DNA from: Parachlamydiales bacterium
GTDB lineage: Bacteria > Chlamydiota > Chlamydiia > Chlamydiales > Parachlamydiaceae
Direction: 5' to 3'
Length of the DNA: 39,722 nt
NCBI GenBank assembly: GCA_020051075.1
Contig: JAGVJP010000091.1
Location: 1 to 39,722, forward strand
Part shown: positions 11,293 to 20,706 of the stretch, in pieces
Layout: each line of letters begins with the position of its first letter
How positions within the stretch are numbered: the stretch's first letter is position 1
Program-made: the position numbers and the translations under genes
Notes under the pieces: generated by a model
Told to the model about the DNA's origin: nothing
Database searches by the model: none
Seen by the model: only the letters and a program-made list of their open reading frames with translations

Positions 11293-11469
11293 TTGTTAGG
11301 ACTCTCGCTCCAATACAACGGGTGTTCGCTCTTAGGTCCTCAGCTATGGATTGAAAAAGGTGAAACTGTTATCCTACCTGAAGGAATCGTCGCTTCTCCC
11401 CGGGTTGGCATCGATTACGCCGGTGAAGATGCTGCTCTTCCGTGGAGATTTAGACTCAAGCCAGTATGA
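11293..11469 (+). pseudogene. mpg: C-terminal remnant of DNA-3-methyladenine glycosylase (Mpg/AAG family)
   Basis: LGLSLQYNGCSLLGPQLWIE...IVASPRVGIDYAGEDAALPWRF matches the Mpg C-terminal motif. The N-terminal two-thirds is absent. Confidence 0.8.
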
Positions 11470-11535
11470 AATATCGACTTGAGAATTAGATTGCCAAACA
11501 GTCCATGGACCAATCTTTCAAAATAAGCGGAGAAC

Positions 11536-12234
11536 ATGAAAAAATATTTTATCACAGGCCTAGTCATTCTCCTCCCTGTTGCTTTGACAGTCACCATCTT
11601 GAATTTTGTATTCAATTTCCTCACGGTTCCATTCTTGGGGATCGTTAAAGCGGTTTTCGAAAGGTATCACCTCTTTGAAAAGGGATTTCTTTTTCTAAAC
11701 GAAACGCAATTTCAAAATCTCATCGCCCAGTCGCTCATCTTGATCAGTTTGTTTTTTTTCGCGGTCGCCCTGGGATTTATCGCCCGATGGTTTTTCTTCC
11801 ACACTTTGATCATCTTCGCTGAATATATCGTGAAGAAGATTCCGTTTGTCCGCACCATCTACCGAACGTGTCAAGATGTCATCAAAACAATCTTCACCTC
11901 AAAGACCAATGCCTTCAAGCAAGTTGTCTTGGTGAGATTCCCCAATCCAAATACCTATTCTCTAGGTTTCTTAACAGGAGATCAGATGCCCGGATTTCAA
12001 GAGGAGTCCCATCACAATGCCATCACCGTCTTCATCCCGACAACGCCAAATCCAACGTCAGGGTTTTTGATGATGTACAAACGGGAAGATGTTCTTTTTA
12101 TGGATATGAAAGTCGAAGAGGCCTTTAAATTTATCATCTCCTGCGGCGTCATCACCCCTTCGTTCCACGTGAAGGCAAAGGATGAACCGAGCAAAGACAT
12201 TAACGACGTTAATGAAGGCTGTGGAACAGTATGA
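11536..12234 (+). CDS. DUF502 domain membrane protein
   Basis: KKYFITGLVILLP, IPFVRTIY, VFIPTTPNPTSGFL, EEAFKFIISCG. Confidence 0.9.
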   Translation: MKKYFITGLVILLPVALTVTILNFVFNFLTVPFLGIVKAVFERYHLFEKGFLFLNETQFQNLIAQSLILISLFFFAVALGFIARWFFFHTLIIFAEYIVKKIPFVRTIYRTCQDVIKTIFTSKTNAFKQVVLVRFPNPNTYSLGFLTGDQMPGFQEESHHNAITVFIPTTPNPTSGFLMMYKREDVLFMDMKVEEAFKFIISCGVITPSFHVKAKDEPSKDINDVNEGCGTV

Positions 12235-12857
12235 AAGGATATTTCACCACTGGATTGGCGATCCTCCTCCCCATTGTTTTGACGATCATGATCATGGACT
12301 ACCTGATCAACATCTTGACGACCCCTTTTCTTGAACCAATGAAAGCGATGCTCCTTCATCTTAAAATTTTCCATTGGCCTGTGCTTCAAGCGCCTCTGGT
12401 CACTGCAATCAGCAAGCTGTTAATCATCGCCTCCCTTGTTGTCTTTACTCTCTTGATCGGATTCCTCGGCGAACTCTATTTCCTCAAAGCAGTGTTCCGA
12501 ATCACTGACCGGCTTCTTCACAACGTCCCGATTTTCAATAGAATCTACAAGCTTTCCCAAGATTTAATTCATAGCTTATTCTCCTCTCAAGGGCAGAGTT
12601 TCACCCACGCTGTCGCCATTCACTTTCCTACTGAGAGCACCTTTGCTGTTGGCTTAGTCAGCGAGAAATCGCTGTTCCTCCATCATCTAAACGCCACGCA
12701 AGAAGAACTCGCCGCGGTCTTTGTGCCAGGAGCTGTGAATCCGACGTTTGGATTTGTTATCCTTTATAAAAAAGAAGAGCTTTTGCAGTTTGGATTAGAT
12801 GTCGGCGATACCATGAAGATGCTGATCTCATGCGGCGCAGCGAAAGAAAAAATGTAA
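12231..12857 (+). CDS. DUF502 domain membrane protein, diverged tandem paralog
   Basis: KGYFTTGLAILLP, VPIFNRIY, VFVPGAVNPTFGFV, MKMLISCG; ATGA overlap with the previous gene. Confidence 0.85.
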   Translation: MKGYFTTGLAILLPIVLTIMIMDYLINILTTPFLEPMKAMLLHLKIFHWPVLQAPLVTAISKLLIIASLVVFTLLIGFLGELYFLKAVFRITDRLLHNVPIFNRIYKLSQDLIHSLFSSQGQSFTHAVAIHFPTESTFAVGLVSEKSLFLHHLNATQEELAAVFVPGAVNPTFGFVILYKKEELLQFGLDVGDTMKMLISCGAAKEKM

Positions 12858-12880
12858 ATGTAAGGCAAGTGCAAGTGTAC

Positions 12881-13046
12881 CTATTCACGTCTCCCCTTTT
12901 TTTAACGCAAAGATGCAAAAGAGGCGCAAAGACGCAGAGAGATGAAAAAACACTGAAAAGAAATATTAATTAGTTTTTTACCTATCCCTCCCCCTTTGCG
13001 CCTTTGCGCCTCTTTTGCTTCTTTGCGTTAAAAAAGGGGAAACGTG
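12881..13046. repeat. Family B palindrome, complete two-arm copy
   Basis: CACGTCTCCCCTTTTTTTAACGCAAAGATGCAAAAGAGGCGCAAAG pairs with CTTTGCGCCTCTTTTGCTTCTTTGCGTTAAAAAAGGGGAAACGTG. Confidence 0.9.
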
Positions 13047-13077
13047 GGAAGAGGATAAATTGCAACCAGTGAGCCAT

Positions 13078-13515
13078 ATGAAACCTAATCCATCCGCGCG
13101 AGTCATTTTCTATGAGGTGACCCAAAACAACGTAAAACTTGCTTTCATCTGTCAGAAAGCCGTTGAGGCATTTTCTCAAGAAAAAAAGCTGCTTATCACA
13201 GTGCCCAATTTGCAAGCGGCCCAATATGTCGATGACTTGCTTTGGCGTTTCTCCGAAGAGAGCTTCATCCCCCACGTCGTCACCGACCACCCCACCGCCG
13301 AGTGGGTGGCGATTACGCTCCAAAATCACATCAACGTCAATGGAGCTGTCCGCTTACTCAACCTCTGCCCAACTCCCCCTCCCCTCTTCCAGGAAGTTGT
13401 CGAAATCTATGAATTCTATGACAAAACCGATGGACAAAAAGCAGAGCTCTCTCAAAAGCGCTACCAATTCTACGAAGAAAAAAAGTTAGACCTTCACCGT
13501 GTCGCTGCTCTCTAA
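13078..13515 (+). CDS. holC: DNA polymerase III subunit chi (start at ATG 13078 or TTG 13060)
   Basis: RVIFY..., VDDLLWRFSEESFIPH, LLNL, SQKRYQFY. The ORF-track start at 13015 lies inside repeat B. Confidence 0.85.
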   Translation: MKPNPSARVIFYEVTQNNVKLAFICQKAVEAFSQEKKLLITVPNLQAAQYVDDLLWRFSEESFIPHVVTDHPTAEWVAITLQNHINVNGAVRLLNLCPTPPPLFQEVVEIYEFYDKTDGQKAELSQKRYQFYEEKKLDLHRVAAL

Positions 13516-13586
13516 AAAAAAGTTGCTCATCATCAAATTTTATGATAAAGTAAAGTTAGACTTTAAAATAACATAGAATTTAACAA

Positions 13587-14759
13587 ATGTTTCAAAGAAA
13601 AATCAAAGATGAACTTCGCAACTTAGCCAAACAATATCCGGTTGTCACAGTCATTGGTCCTCGACAGTCTGGAAAAACAACGCTGGTTCGACACGAATTT
13701 CCTGAAAAACCTTATGTCAATCTGGAATCTCCAGATACACGAGAACTTGCCTTGACAGACCCTAGAGGATTCTTAGAAAAATTCCCTCATGGAGCCATTC
13801 TAGACGAAATCCAACGGGCACCTCTCCTACTCTCCTACATTCAGACTCTAGTCGACACGAGTCAAGAGAAGGGGTTATTTATCCTCACAGGAAGTCATCA
13901 ACTTGAATTACACCAAGCCATCACTCAGTCTCTAGCAGGCAGAACTGCTCTTCTTCGACTTCTCCCCATGAGCCTTGAAGAACTTCATCAAGCCGGTTTC
14001 TCATTGACGTTGGATGAAGCTCTGCTCATGGGAGGCTTCCCTCGCATTTTCCAGGATAAACTAGAACCAACGAAAGCATACCGCAACTATTTGGAAACTT
14101 ATCTAGAAAGAGATCTCAGACAACTTATTCATGTCAAAGATCTTATGCAGTTTCAACGCTTCATCACTCTTTGTGCAGGAAGAATTGGGCAATTGATCAA
14201 CTTAGAAAGCATCGCTAACGATATCGGAGTCTCCTCTCCCACACTGAAACAATGGTTGTCCATCTTAGAAGCTTCATTTATCGTCATTCGACTGCAACCT
14301 TATTTCGAAAATTTTGGAAAAAGAGTCACTAAAACCCCCAAACTTTTTTTCACAGATGTAGGTCTTGCAACATATTTGTTAGGAATTGAAAAGCTTTCAC
14401 AACTAGAACGGGACCCCCTAAGAGGAAATCTTTTTGAAAATCTTGTCCTTTTGGAATTGATAAAAAGTCGATACAACAGTGGACTGGACCCGCATCTCTA
14501 CTTTTATAGGGACGTGAACGGAAAAGAGATCGATTTCATTTTCCAACGAGGGCACAACCTGGTCCCGATAGAAGTCAAGTCATCTAAAACATTCAATAAA
14601 GATTTTCTCAAAAATTTCAAGTTCTTCCAAGAACTCGTTGGCAAAAGATGCGATCAAGGCTTTCTTATTTATGGAGGGGATCAAGAACAAAAAATTGGAG
14701 AAGTCACTCTCTTAAATTACAACCACTCTAACCTCTTGTTAGCTAATGATCCGATTTAA
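13587..14759 (+). CDS. AAA_14 ATPase with DUF4143 C-terminal domain
   Basis: GPRQSGKTT Walker A, ILDEIQ Walker B, LTGS, SLAGR, GGFP, PKLFFTDVGL, GNLFENLV, EIDF...IEVK. Confidence 0.92.
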   Translation: MFQRKIKDELRNLAKQYPVVTVIGPRQSGKTTLVRHEFPEKPYVNLESPDTRELALTDPRGFLEKFPHGAILDEIQRAPLLLSYIQTLVDTSQEKGLFILTGSHQLELHQAITQSLAGRTALLRLLPMSLEELHQAGFSLTLDEALLMGGFPRIFQDKLEPTKAYRNYLETYLERDLRQLIHVKDLMQFQRFITLCAGRIGQLINLESIANDIGVSSPTLKQWLSILEASFIVIRLQPYFENFGKRVTKTPKLFFTDVGLATYLLGIEKLSQLERDPLRGNLFENLVLLELIKSRYNSGLDPHLYFYRDVNGKEIDFIFQRGHNLVPIEVKSSKTFNKDFLKNFKFFQELVGKRCDQGFLIYGGDQEQKIGEVTLLNYNHSNLLLANDPI

Positions 14760-14767
14760 TTTCTGAT

Positions 14768-14790
14768 CCCGGCAATGTCCGGGGCTTTTC
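14768..14790 (+). terminator. Possible intrinsic terminator after the ATPase
   Basis: CCCGG-CAATGT-CCGGG hairpin followed by GCTTTTC. Confidence 0.35.
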
Positions 14791-14791
14791 G

Positions 14792-14898
14792 CTTCCAGGA
14801 AATTGTCGAAATTTATGAGTTCTTCGACAAAACCCTCTCAGCGGTGCTATCAGTTTTATGAAGAAAAAAAACTAGACCTCCACCTCGTCGCCACCTAA
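14792..14898 (+). pseudogene. Diverged duplicate of the holC 3' end
   Basis: Encodes FQEIVEIYEFFDKT / SQRCYQFYEEKKLDLHLVAT* versus holC FQEVVEIYEFYDKT(DGQKAEL)SQKRYQFYEEKKLDLHRVAAL*, with a 20-bp deletion. Confidence 0.9.
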
Positions 14899-16166
14899 AA
14901 CGATTCTTCGCTCCAAAATGATTCTGTTCTAGGTTGTAGCAGATTTCCCCTTTCCGCAGCGACTGTAAACCATTTTGATGCTAATTCGACATCTGGTGTC
15001 ACTCCAACTCCACTTTGATAGGAGTTTCCGAGTTGATATGCTGCACGAACATCCCCTGCCTCAGCACCCATCTTATAGAGGGCGAAAGCGATCACGTCGT
15101 TTTTCTCGACCCCCTCGCCTGATTGATAGAGACGGCCTAGGTCAAAATACGCATTTGAAACACCGCTCGCTATTGCAGACATATACCATTGAGCTGCCAA
15201 TTCTTTATTGATACGAAACCCCTTTCCACTTTCTAACATTCGCCCCACATTATATTGAGCTTCTGGATGCCATTGCATCACGCTTTTGCCATACCATGCT
15301 GCCGCTATATTATAATTTTTATTGTCGACCTTTGAGAGAGGCAAATGCAAACGACCGAATCCTAACTCATACAAATGACCAACGAAGTTCTGGGCTGGAG
15401 CAAAGCTCTGTTCCAGGTCTTGATTTAATTGTAACTGAAATTGCCGCAGTGTTTGTACGTTTTCTGGCTTACGAAGATGTTCCATAAGTATCTGAATTTG
15501 AGAAGTAGGAAGATCATACAGCCTTTTAGAGCTAAGATTAGAACCTTTTAGCGTAGTTGTGTTGATATCTACGGGTAAAACGATCTCCCATCCGATGGTA
15601 TCGAAGTTTCTTCTTGGAGGAATAAGGACTTCAGCAGGCGTGATTTTGCTCCCTTCTAATTTTCCCAATAAAGTTGAGAGTTCCTCATTTTTACGCTCTA
15701 TTTTGAGGGATAGATTGCGACATGCCTCTTTCTGGGCAGGATCATTTTCGCTAATCATAGACAATGCAATTTCAAGAACTTTGATCTCCCCGTCCAGTTT
15801 TCTTCCCTGCTTTTTATACTCAATCAAATCTGCGCCTGATATTTGCTTGGGAGCAACTTCTGCCCCTGAAGAACTTGCTGTCGGTACTTTTGTCGAACTC
15901 CCCACTACATTTCGCAACACGCCAGGAGGGACTGAATGTTCGGAACTGCTCCGAGTCGGTTGATTCGTGCTGCTAGAAGAACTTAGGCCGGGAGACTGAC
16001 TCGAACTGCTCGAGCTCGGAGTGGATGGCAATTGATTTGCACTAACTTTGTGAATGAGTCCACTTCTCTCAAGATCTGGAGAACTTTGAGCCTGACTAGA
16101 GGAACTCGAACTAGGAACTGGGGGAGTGTTTGAACTACTGGAACTACTTGGAATTGGCGATGACAT
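14895..16166 (-). CDS. Sel1-like repeat protein with Ser-rich N-terminus (secreted effector candidate)
   Basis: About 4 SLR repeats (AQYNVGRMLESGKG...AAQWY; AYFDLGRLYQSGEGVEKN; AAYQLGNSYQSGVGV), poly-Ser N-terminus, coiled coil. Confidence 0.88.
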   Translation of the reverse strand: MSSPIPSSSSSSNTPPVPSSSSSSQAQSSPDLERSGLIHKVSANQLPSTPSSSSSSQSPGLSSSSSTNQPTRSSSEHSVPPGVLRNVVGSSTKVPTASSSGAEVAPKQISGADLIEYKKQGRKLDGEIKVLEIALSMISENDPAQKEACRNLSLKIERKNEELSTLLGKLEGSKITPAEVLIPPRRNFDTIGWEIVLPVDINTTTLKGSNLSSKRLYDLPTSQIQILMEHLRKPENVQTLRQFQLQLNQDLEQSFAPAQNFVGHLYELGFGRLHLPLSKVDNKNYNIAAAWYGKSVMQWHPEAQYNVGRMLESGKGFRINKELAAQWYMSAIASGVSNAYFDLGRLYQSGEGVEKNDVIAFALYKMGAEAGDVRAAYQLGNSYQSGVGVTPDVELASKWFTVAAERGNLLQPRTESFWSEESF

Positions 16167-16267
16167 AAAAAACCCTCTTATTAAAATTTAACATTAACAC
16201 TCACTAAAATTTAGTATATTATAAAAATATTTTTTTAAAAACATAATTCGATTGATGTTCAACGTTA

Positions 16268-16318
16268 CTATTCACGTCTCTCCCTTTTTTAACACAAAGG
16301 AGCACAAAGAAACGCAAA
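16268..16318 (+). repeat. Family B repeat, decayed single arm
   Basis: CTATTCACGTCTCTCCCTTTTTTAACACAAAGGAGCACAAAGAAACGCAAA versus 12881 onward. Confidence 0.8.
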
Positions 16319-16350
16319 CTGTGACCGCTTCACCTATAATCAATCAAACA

Positions 16351-16476
16351 TTATATGTTTCCGAAGCGGAAGGGGAAACGCCCGACCAAGAAATGTACAG
16401 CTTCCTCAATGAGATCGCACAAACCCCAGAGCTGAAACGTTTTTTGGCGCCACATCTCAATCTAGGTCATCCATAA
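16351..16476 (+). pseudogene. Orphan 3' fragment of a paralog of the 826-aa gene
   Basis: EAEGETPDQEMYSFLNEIAQTPELKRFLAPHLN aligns ungapped (14/33 identical) with the C-terminus EEEGVEHEKGLFEFFLSIAQTDDLKGYLETHLN. Confidence 0.75.
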
Positions 16477-16488
16477 GTACCTCAAAGT

Positions 16489-16702
16489 CAGGGAAATTGC
16501 ATGAAGAATTTACGAGTATCCACAACTTCCTTTCTCATTGCAAAAAATAACGCTGCTCACAGCCACTTCCTATCCTCCCCATCATGTAAAATTAACAAGA
16601 TAGGGAGGATAGGAAAGATGGAGCAGGATAGTTTGTTATTCAGGGGTTAGTGGCTTGACGAAGTTATAAAAATAGTCGTAAATTCTTCATGCAATTTCCC
16701 TG
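16489..16702. repeat. Family D MITE-like element (perfect 27-bp terminal IR plus internal hairpin)
   Basis: CAGGGAAATTGCATGAAGAATTTACGA pairs with TCGTAAATTCTTCATGCAATTTCCCTG. Confidence 0.9.
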
Positions 16703-16809
16703 TTCATCAAGTATTTAAACCACAACAATAAATTAATAAGAAGTTATTGATTTTATAAAATAATAATAATTATCAGATAAAATGTAATTCTTTTTTTTAT
16801 GAGGTTATT

Positions 16810-19290
16810 ATGACTCCCTTACCGCTTGAACCTTCAGATGAATTTGTTCGCAGTTTAGAAGAGGTATCAAGGTTTATTCAGGCTACACCAAATCAACCGA
16901 TTCCTGAAATAGGGATCAAAGACGGAAGGGTTTACCAAAAAGAGTTTTCCAAATCCAAAACTCTTGATAAATTTATTGATGTTCATCCAGAGAAAGCACA
17001 TCGTCATGTTGACTTTTTGGAAAAACTACTGACCGCTAAGCAGTCTGGGCGCCTTACCCCCAACGCTAAGCTTATCGCTGACCAGGCGATTCAGCGAACT
17101 CTTTCAAAAATCTTACGGCCTGAGGAGCTGAATGTCGTCCAAACAAACGAATCAGAAGCATTTACTCATTCCATCGCCAATATTCAGGATCCACACATGC
17201 AGGCAACACTATTAGCCCAGTTTAGACAAACGCACATGAAAGAAGGAGAGAAACTGAATGAAGAGGCCAAAGAATTCATCTCCAACATCATCCTGAATTT
17301 GACGGACAGCCTGCTTACAACCGAGCAACTCAACCAATTGGACCCAATCGAAGTCTTGACTATCCTTAAAGCAGACGATCAAAATGTATTGGGATTAGAC
17401 AAGGAAAAAACTTGGGCAAGTGATCTAATGATCTTGCTCAAATTAGACGTTTTGAATTTGAATGCCATCACAAATGAAACGACCAAGGCTATTATCGCCA
17501 ATGAACGCTTGAGCAGAAACGACAAAATTGCCGATTCGATACGCTCGATCCAAAATCCAGAAACGCAAATGGTCACATTAATTCAACTCAAACAATTTCA
17601 GCAACTTCTTACACAACCAGCAGAAATGACAGAGAGCTTCGGCTATGTCTTTGCCTCGGTGTCTGAAGAAATGAAAAATCAAATCAGTCATCTTATCACC
17701 AACCTAGAGGTGAGGCTCCTCTCCCCAGAAGGGATGAATACATTGGAACCCCATCTTCAAACCATTCTTCTTGATGGCATGTTTGCAACTAACGAAGATT
17801 GGGCACAAAAACTCAGACCACTCAGCAACTTAGGCAAGGTCGATTTGAATGAACTCACGAGTCCTGAAGCAAAAGCAGCGATTCAATCACGATTCCAACA
17901 AGAATTTAATTCCATGGTCGAATCGTTGACGACTCCAACACATGATCGAGGTCGCAAGTGTGCTGAGCTCGTAAGAGTCCTTTATGAAAGCCATCCGTCC
18001 AATCATGAGACCGTTCAAACGCTTTTAGGTTCTTTGTTTACAAAACCCGACTTGAGAGGCGAACTCTTAAACGAACTCTTAGGCGGAGAGACAAGACCGA
18101 AACAGGGATACGAGAAGCTGTTCTGGTGGGCGATCCCCCAGCACAATGACCCAAGCTCATCCGCTTACGGCACACGCCGCATCAGTGGTAAATTATACAT
18201 TTCAAACGCTGCGTTGCCATTACGTAGACCCTCTCCGGATCCAGGGGTCGAATGGAATCGTGCCTTCTGGCACTCATTACAAGATCTCCTAACCAAAGGC
18301 AACACCACTCAAATTGTCTTCGAAAACACTGTCATCCCCTATCCACAACCACTGCTTTCTTTGGCAGCTAAGCTGAGTTTAGCCACCGATCCAGTGCCTG
18401 CTCCTCAACAGCTCTTGAACTTTATGTTCGTTAAGATCAACCCTAAGAACAAGCCATTATTGTCTATAGGAAATGAAGGCCCTGTGATACCTCAGCTTCT
18501 CTTGAACCTTAAACCTAAAGACATAAGCGAAGAGATCTACCACGCAGCATTGGCCTATCAAGCCATGGGAACTGAACCGGAAGAGGAAGATGTAAAAGGG
18601 GTTAGCGATTATTTATTTTCTCACGACAAAAACCCAGCCTTCTTTTTGGGAGGTGATCTCTACATCAATCCAACCAACGGTATCACCAATCGAAACAGCC
18701 TAGAGTCGCTTCGAGCAACTTTCAAGGACATTGATGATGCGTTTAAATTGGGATATTACTCACAAGTTATCCTGCCGACAATCCCCAAAGCAGGAGAAGA
18801 ACGGGAATACATGACGGTATCGGTCAAAACGTGGGAAACGATTCGTCAAGCATTAGAAAGAGGAGCCATCACTTATGAAGACCTCCTTACACCAGTAGAA
18901 ATTTCATTCAAAGGGACTGATACGAAAATGCCTATGAATCTTGCTATGCTGAAAATCATGATGCCGGCCTTTGGAGAAATCTATGGAGAAGGCCGCTGGG
19001 ATCATCTCACACTGCCAGCTGAAGATGAAGACATCTTAAAAGATCTTGGAATCCTCATGTTCTCGAACATTCAGCCGCCAGATGACGCTGTCGCGCCTAT
19101 TCTTGCATTCTTGCATGAGCAACGATTTACGAACTCTCCGGAGCAAATACAGTTGGAACATCGCTTATTGGACATGCTAAAAGCTGAAGAAGAAGGCGTA
19201 GAACACGAAAAAGGGCTGTTCGAATTTTTCTTATCAATTGCCCAAACTGATGACCTCAAGGGATACTTGGAAACACACCTCAACAGGTAA
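16810..19290 (+). CDS. Large hypothetical protein with possible C-terminal BTB/POZ-like domain (effector candidate)
   Basis: 826-aa ORF with GAGGT RBS. PVEISFKGTDTKMPMNLAMLKIMMPAFGEIY...LTLPAEDEDILKDLGILMF follows the BTB pattern. Confidence 0.75.
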   Translation: MTPLPLEPSDEFVRSLEEVSRFIQATPNQPIPEIGIKDGRVYQKEFSKSKTLDKFIDVHPEKAHRHVDFLEKLLTAKQSGRLTPNAKLIADQAIQRTLSKILRPEELNVVQTNESEAFTHSIANIQDPHMQATLLAQFRQTHMKEGEKLNEEAKEFISNIILNLTDSLLTTEQLNQLDPIEVLTILKADDQNVLGLDKEKTWASDLMILLKLDVLNLNAITNETTKAIIANERLSRNDKIADSIRSIQNPETQMVTLIQLKQFQQLLTQPAEMTESFGYVFASVSEEMKNQISHLITNLEVRLLSPEGMNTLEPHLQTILLDGMFATNEDWAQKLRPLSNLGKVDLNELTSPEAKAAIQSRFQQEFNSMVESLTTPTHDRGRKCAELVRVLYESHPSNHETVQTLLGSLFTKPDLRGELLNELLGGETRPKQGYEKLFWWAIPQHNDPSSSAYGTRRISGKLYISNAALPLRRPSPDPGVEWNRAFWHSLQDLLTKGNTTQIVFENTVIPYPQPLLSLAAKLSLATDPVPAPQQLLNFMFVKINPKNKPLLSIGNEGPVIPQLLLNLKPKDISEEIYHAALAYQAMGTEPEEEDVKGVSDYLFSHDKNPAFFLGGDLYINPTNGITNRNSLESLRATFKDIDDAFKLGYYSQVILPTIPKAGEEREYMTVSVKTWETIRQALERGAITYEDLLTPVEISFKGTDTKMPMNLAMLKIMMPAFGEIYGEGRWDHLTLPAEDEDILKDLGILMFSNIQPPDDAVAPILAFLHEQRFTNSPEQIQLEHRLLDMLKAEEEGVEHEKGLFEFFLSIAQTDDLKGYLETHLNR

Positions 19291-19310
19291 AAATTGCTCA
19301 CTCAAGAATA

Positions 19311-19420
19311 TCCCTTTTTTTAACGCAAAGAAGATGCAAAGGCGCAAAGAAGAGAATTTCCAACCATGGGGGATGGGAAGTTCATCTTCTTTGCGCCTTT
19401 GCGTTATAAAAAAGATAGGT
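19311..19420. repeat. Family B palindrome, two-arm copy
   Basis: TTTTTTTAACGCAAAG...GGCGCAAAGAAGA pairs with TCTTCTTTGCGCCTTTGCGTTATAAAAAAG. Confidence 0.85.
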
Positions 19421-19479
19421 ATAATTCTGGTGGATCAGACGTTTGTTTGAATGTTACTTTTTGATCTGTCCATACCGAC

Positions 19480-20706
19480 TCACCGCCTTTTAAACAGAGG
19501 GATAGTTTCTAGATGTTTGTTGATCACATCGATGATTTCATGGTTGAGGGGAAAATCACCAATCGACTGCCAGATATTTGTAAAAGACTGTACCGTTTCC
19601 TGAACGGTTTCAAGAACGATCGTTTCGGGCAATCGTGTTTTAGCGGCAAAACGTTTAAATTGCTCGTAGGTTAATGAGGAGAACGCTTTGGAATCGACGA
19701 AAGTCAATGCTAGCCCATCCGCGGGAATATAGGGAATTGTGGATACAAAATCATACGCTGGAGCAAGAGAAGCATTTCTCTTATCTGGATAGATCAGAGA
19801 CCAATTCTTGAGATGCATATCCCCATTGCCAATCAAAGCGTTAAAAACAAACCGTCGAATAAACTCAATTATTCCTTTCTCACCTGTTTCCGACCAGATC
19901 ACCTCCGCAATATTACGATAGCTTGCTGCTTGATATTTCTTTTCTGGGAATACCCCAAACACTTGCGCAAAGTCTTCGATGTGAATCCCTTGCCCTTCTG
20001 GAGTTCTATCGAATCTCTTAATAATAAAAGCATGGTTGGAGATTTTTCCAATCCCTTGTGGAAGGCCTTCAATCTGATCTATAGGCACAAGCGCTGTTTC
20101 TGGCACATCAATGCCAATGTGCCTAGCCAACTCCATCATCACGTATTCATTATCAGGTACACCTGCATAAACTGAAGAAGGAAGTTTGACGATCCATGAG
20201 CCCCCCACGCCATTAACAGGTATGGTCAAGCCACCATCTTTCTCCCAGATAGCTGAAAATTTGAGCTGTACTCCCGCTAAAGAAAAACGCAAAATCGCGT
20301 TATCTTTTTCTTGTCTTATGACCTCATCCGTCTCTTTGTGTTTATACTCCCGATTCATCCTATTTGAAGGAAGAGCCTTGAGAGCTCCTGGCAGATCTTT
20401 GCCAAGAGCAGCTAAAAGATAGAATTCTCTGTTTGGATTGACTTTCGCTTGAGAGGCAAGGTAGTCCCTCATATGTCCTTCTGGGAGTAAATTGGCTAAA
20501 AACGGAGGTAACCGCGCCCTTGTTGATTTGATATCCGTGATTAACTCTCCAACTACATCTTTAAACGACAGACTTAAAACAGAGCGTTCTTTATCGTTAA
20601 TATAATTTTGATTAAATGATAAAAGATTCCGATCCCCCGGCAAGTTTGTCAAAACGGCAATTGGTTGGTCATGTAAAAAAATATCGAGACGATCAAAATC
20701 AGACAT
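19480..20706 (-). CDS. hipA: HipA family Ser/Thr kinase toxin
   Basis: N-terminal coupling domain (PPFLANLLPEG), FSLAGVQLK, EDFAQ, GNGDMHLKN, LAPAYD; likely start MSDFDRL at 20706. Confidence 0.93.
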   Translation of the reverse strand: MSDFDRLDIFLHDQPIAVLTNLPGDRNLLSFNQNYINDKERSVLSLSFKDVVGELITDIKSTRARLPPFLANLLPEGHMRDYLASQAKVNPNREFYLLAALGKDLPGALKALPSNRMNREYKHKETDEVIRQEKDNAILRFSLAGVQLKFSAIWEKDGGLTIPVNGVGGSWIVKLPSSVYAGVPDNEYVMMELARHIGIDVPETALVPIDQIEGLPQGIGKISNHAFIIKRFDRTPEGQGIHIEDFAQVFGVFPEKKYQAASYRNIAEVIWSETGEKGIIEFIRRFVFNALIGNGDMHLKNWSLIYPDKRNASLAPAYDFVSTIPYIPADGLALTFVDSKAFSSLTYEQFKRFAAKTRLPETIVLETVQETVQSFTNIWQSIGDFPLNHEIIDVINKHLETIPLFKRR

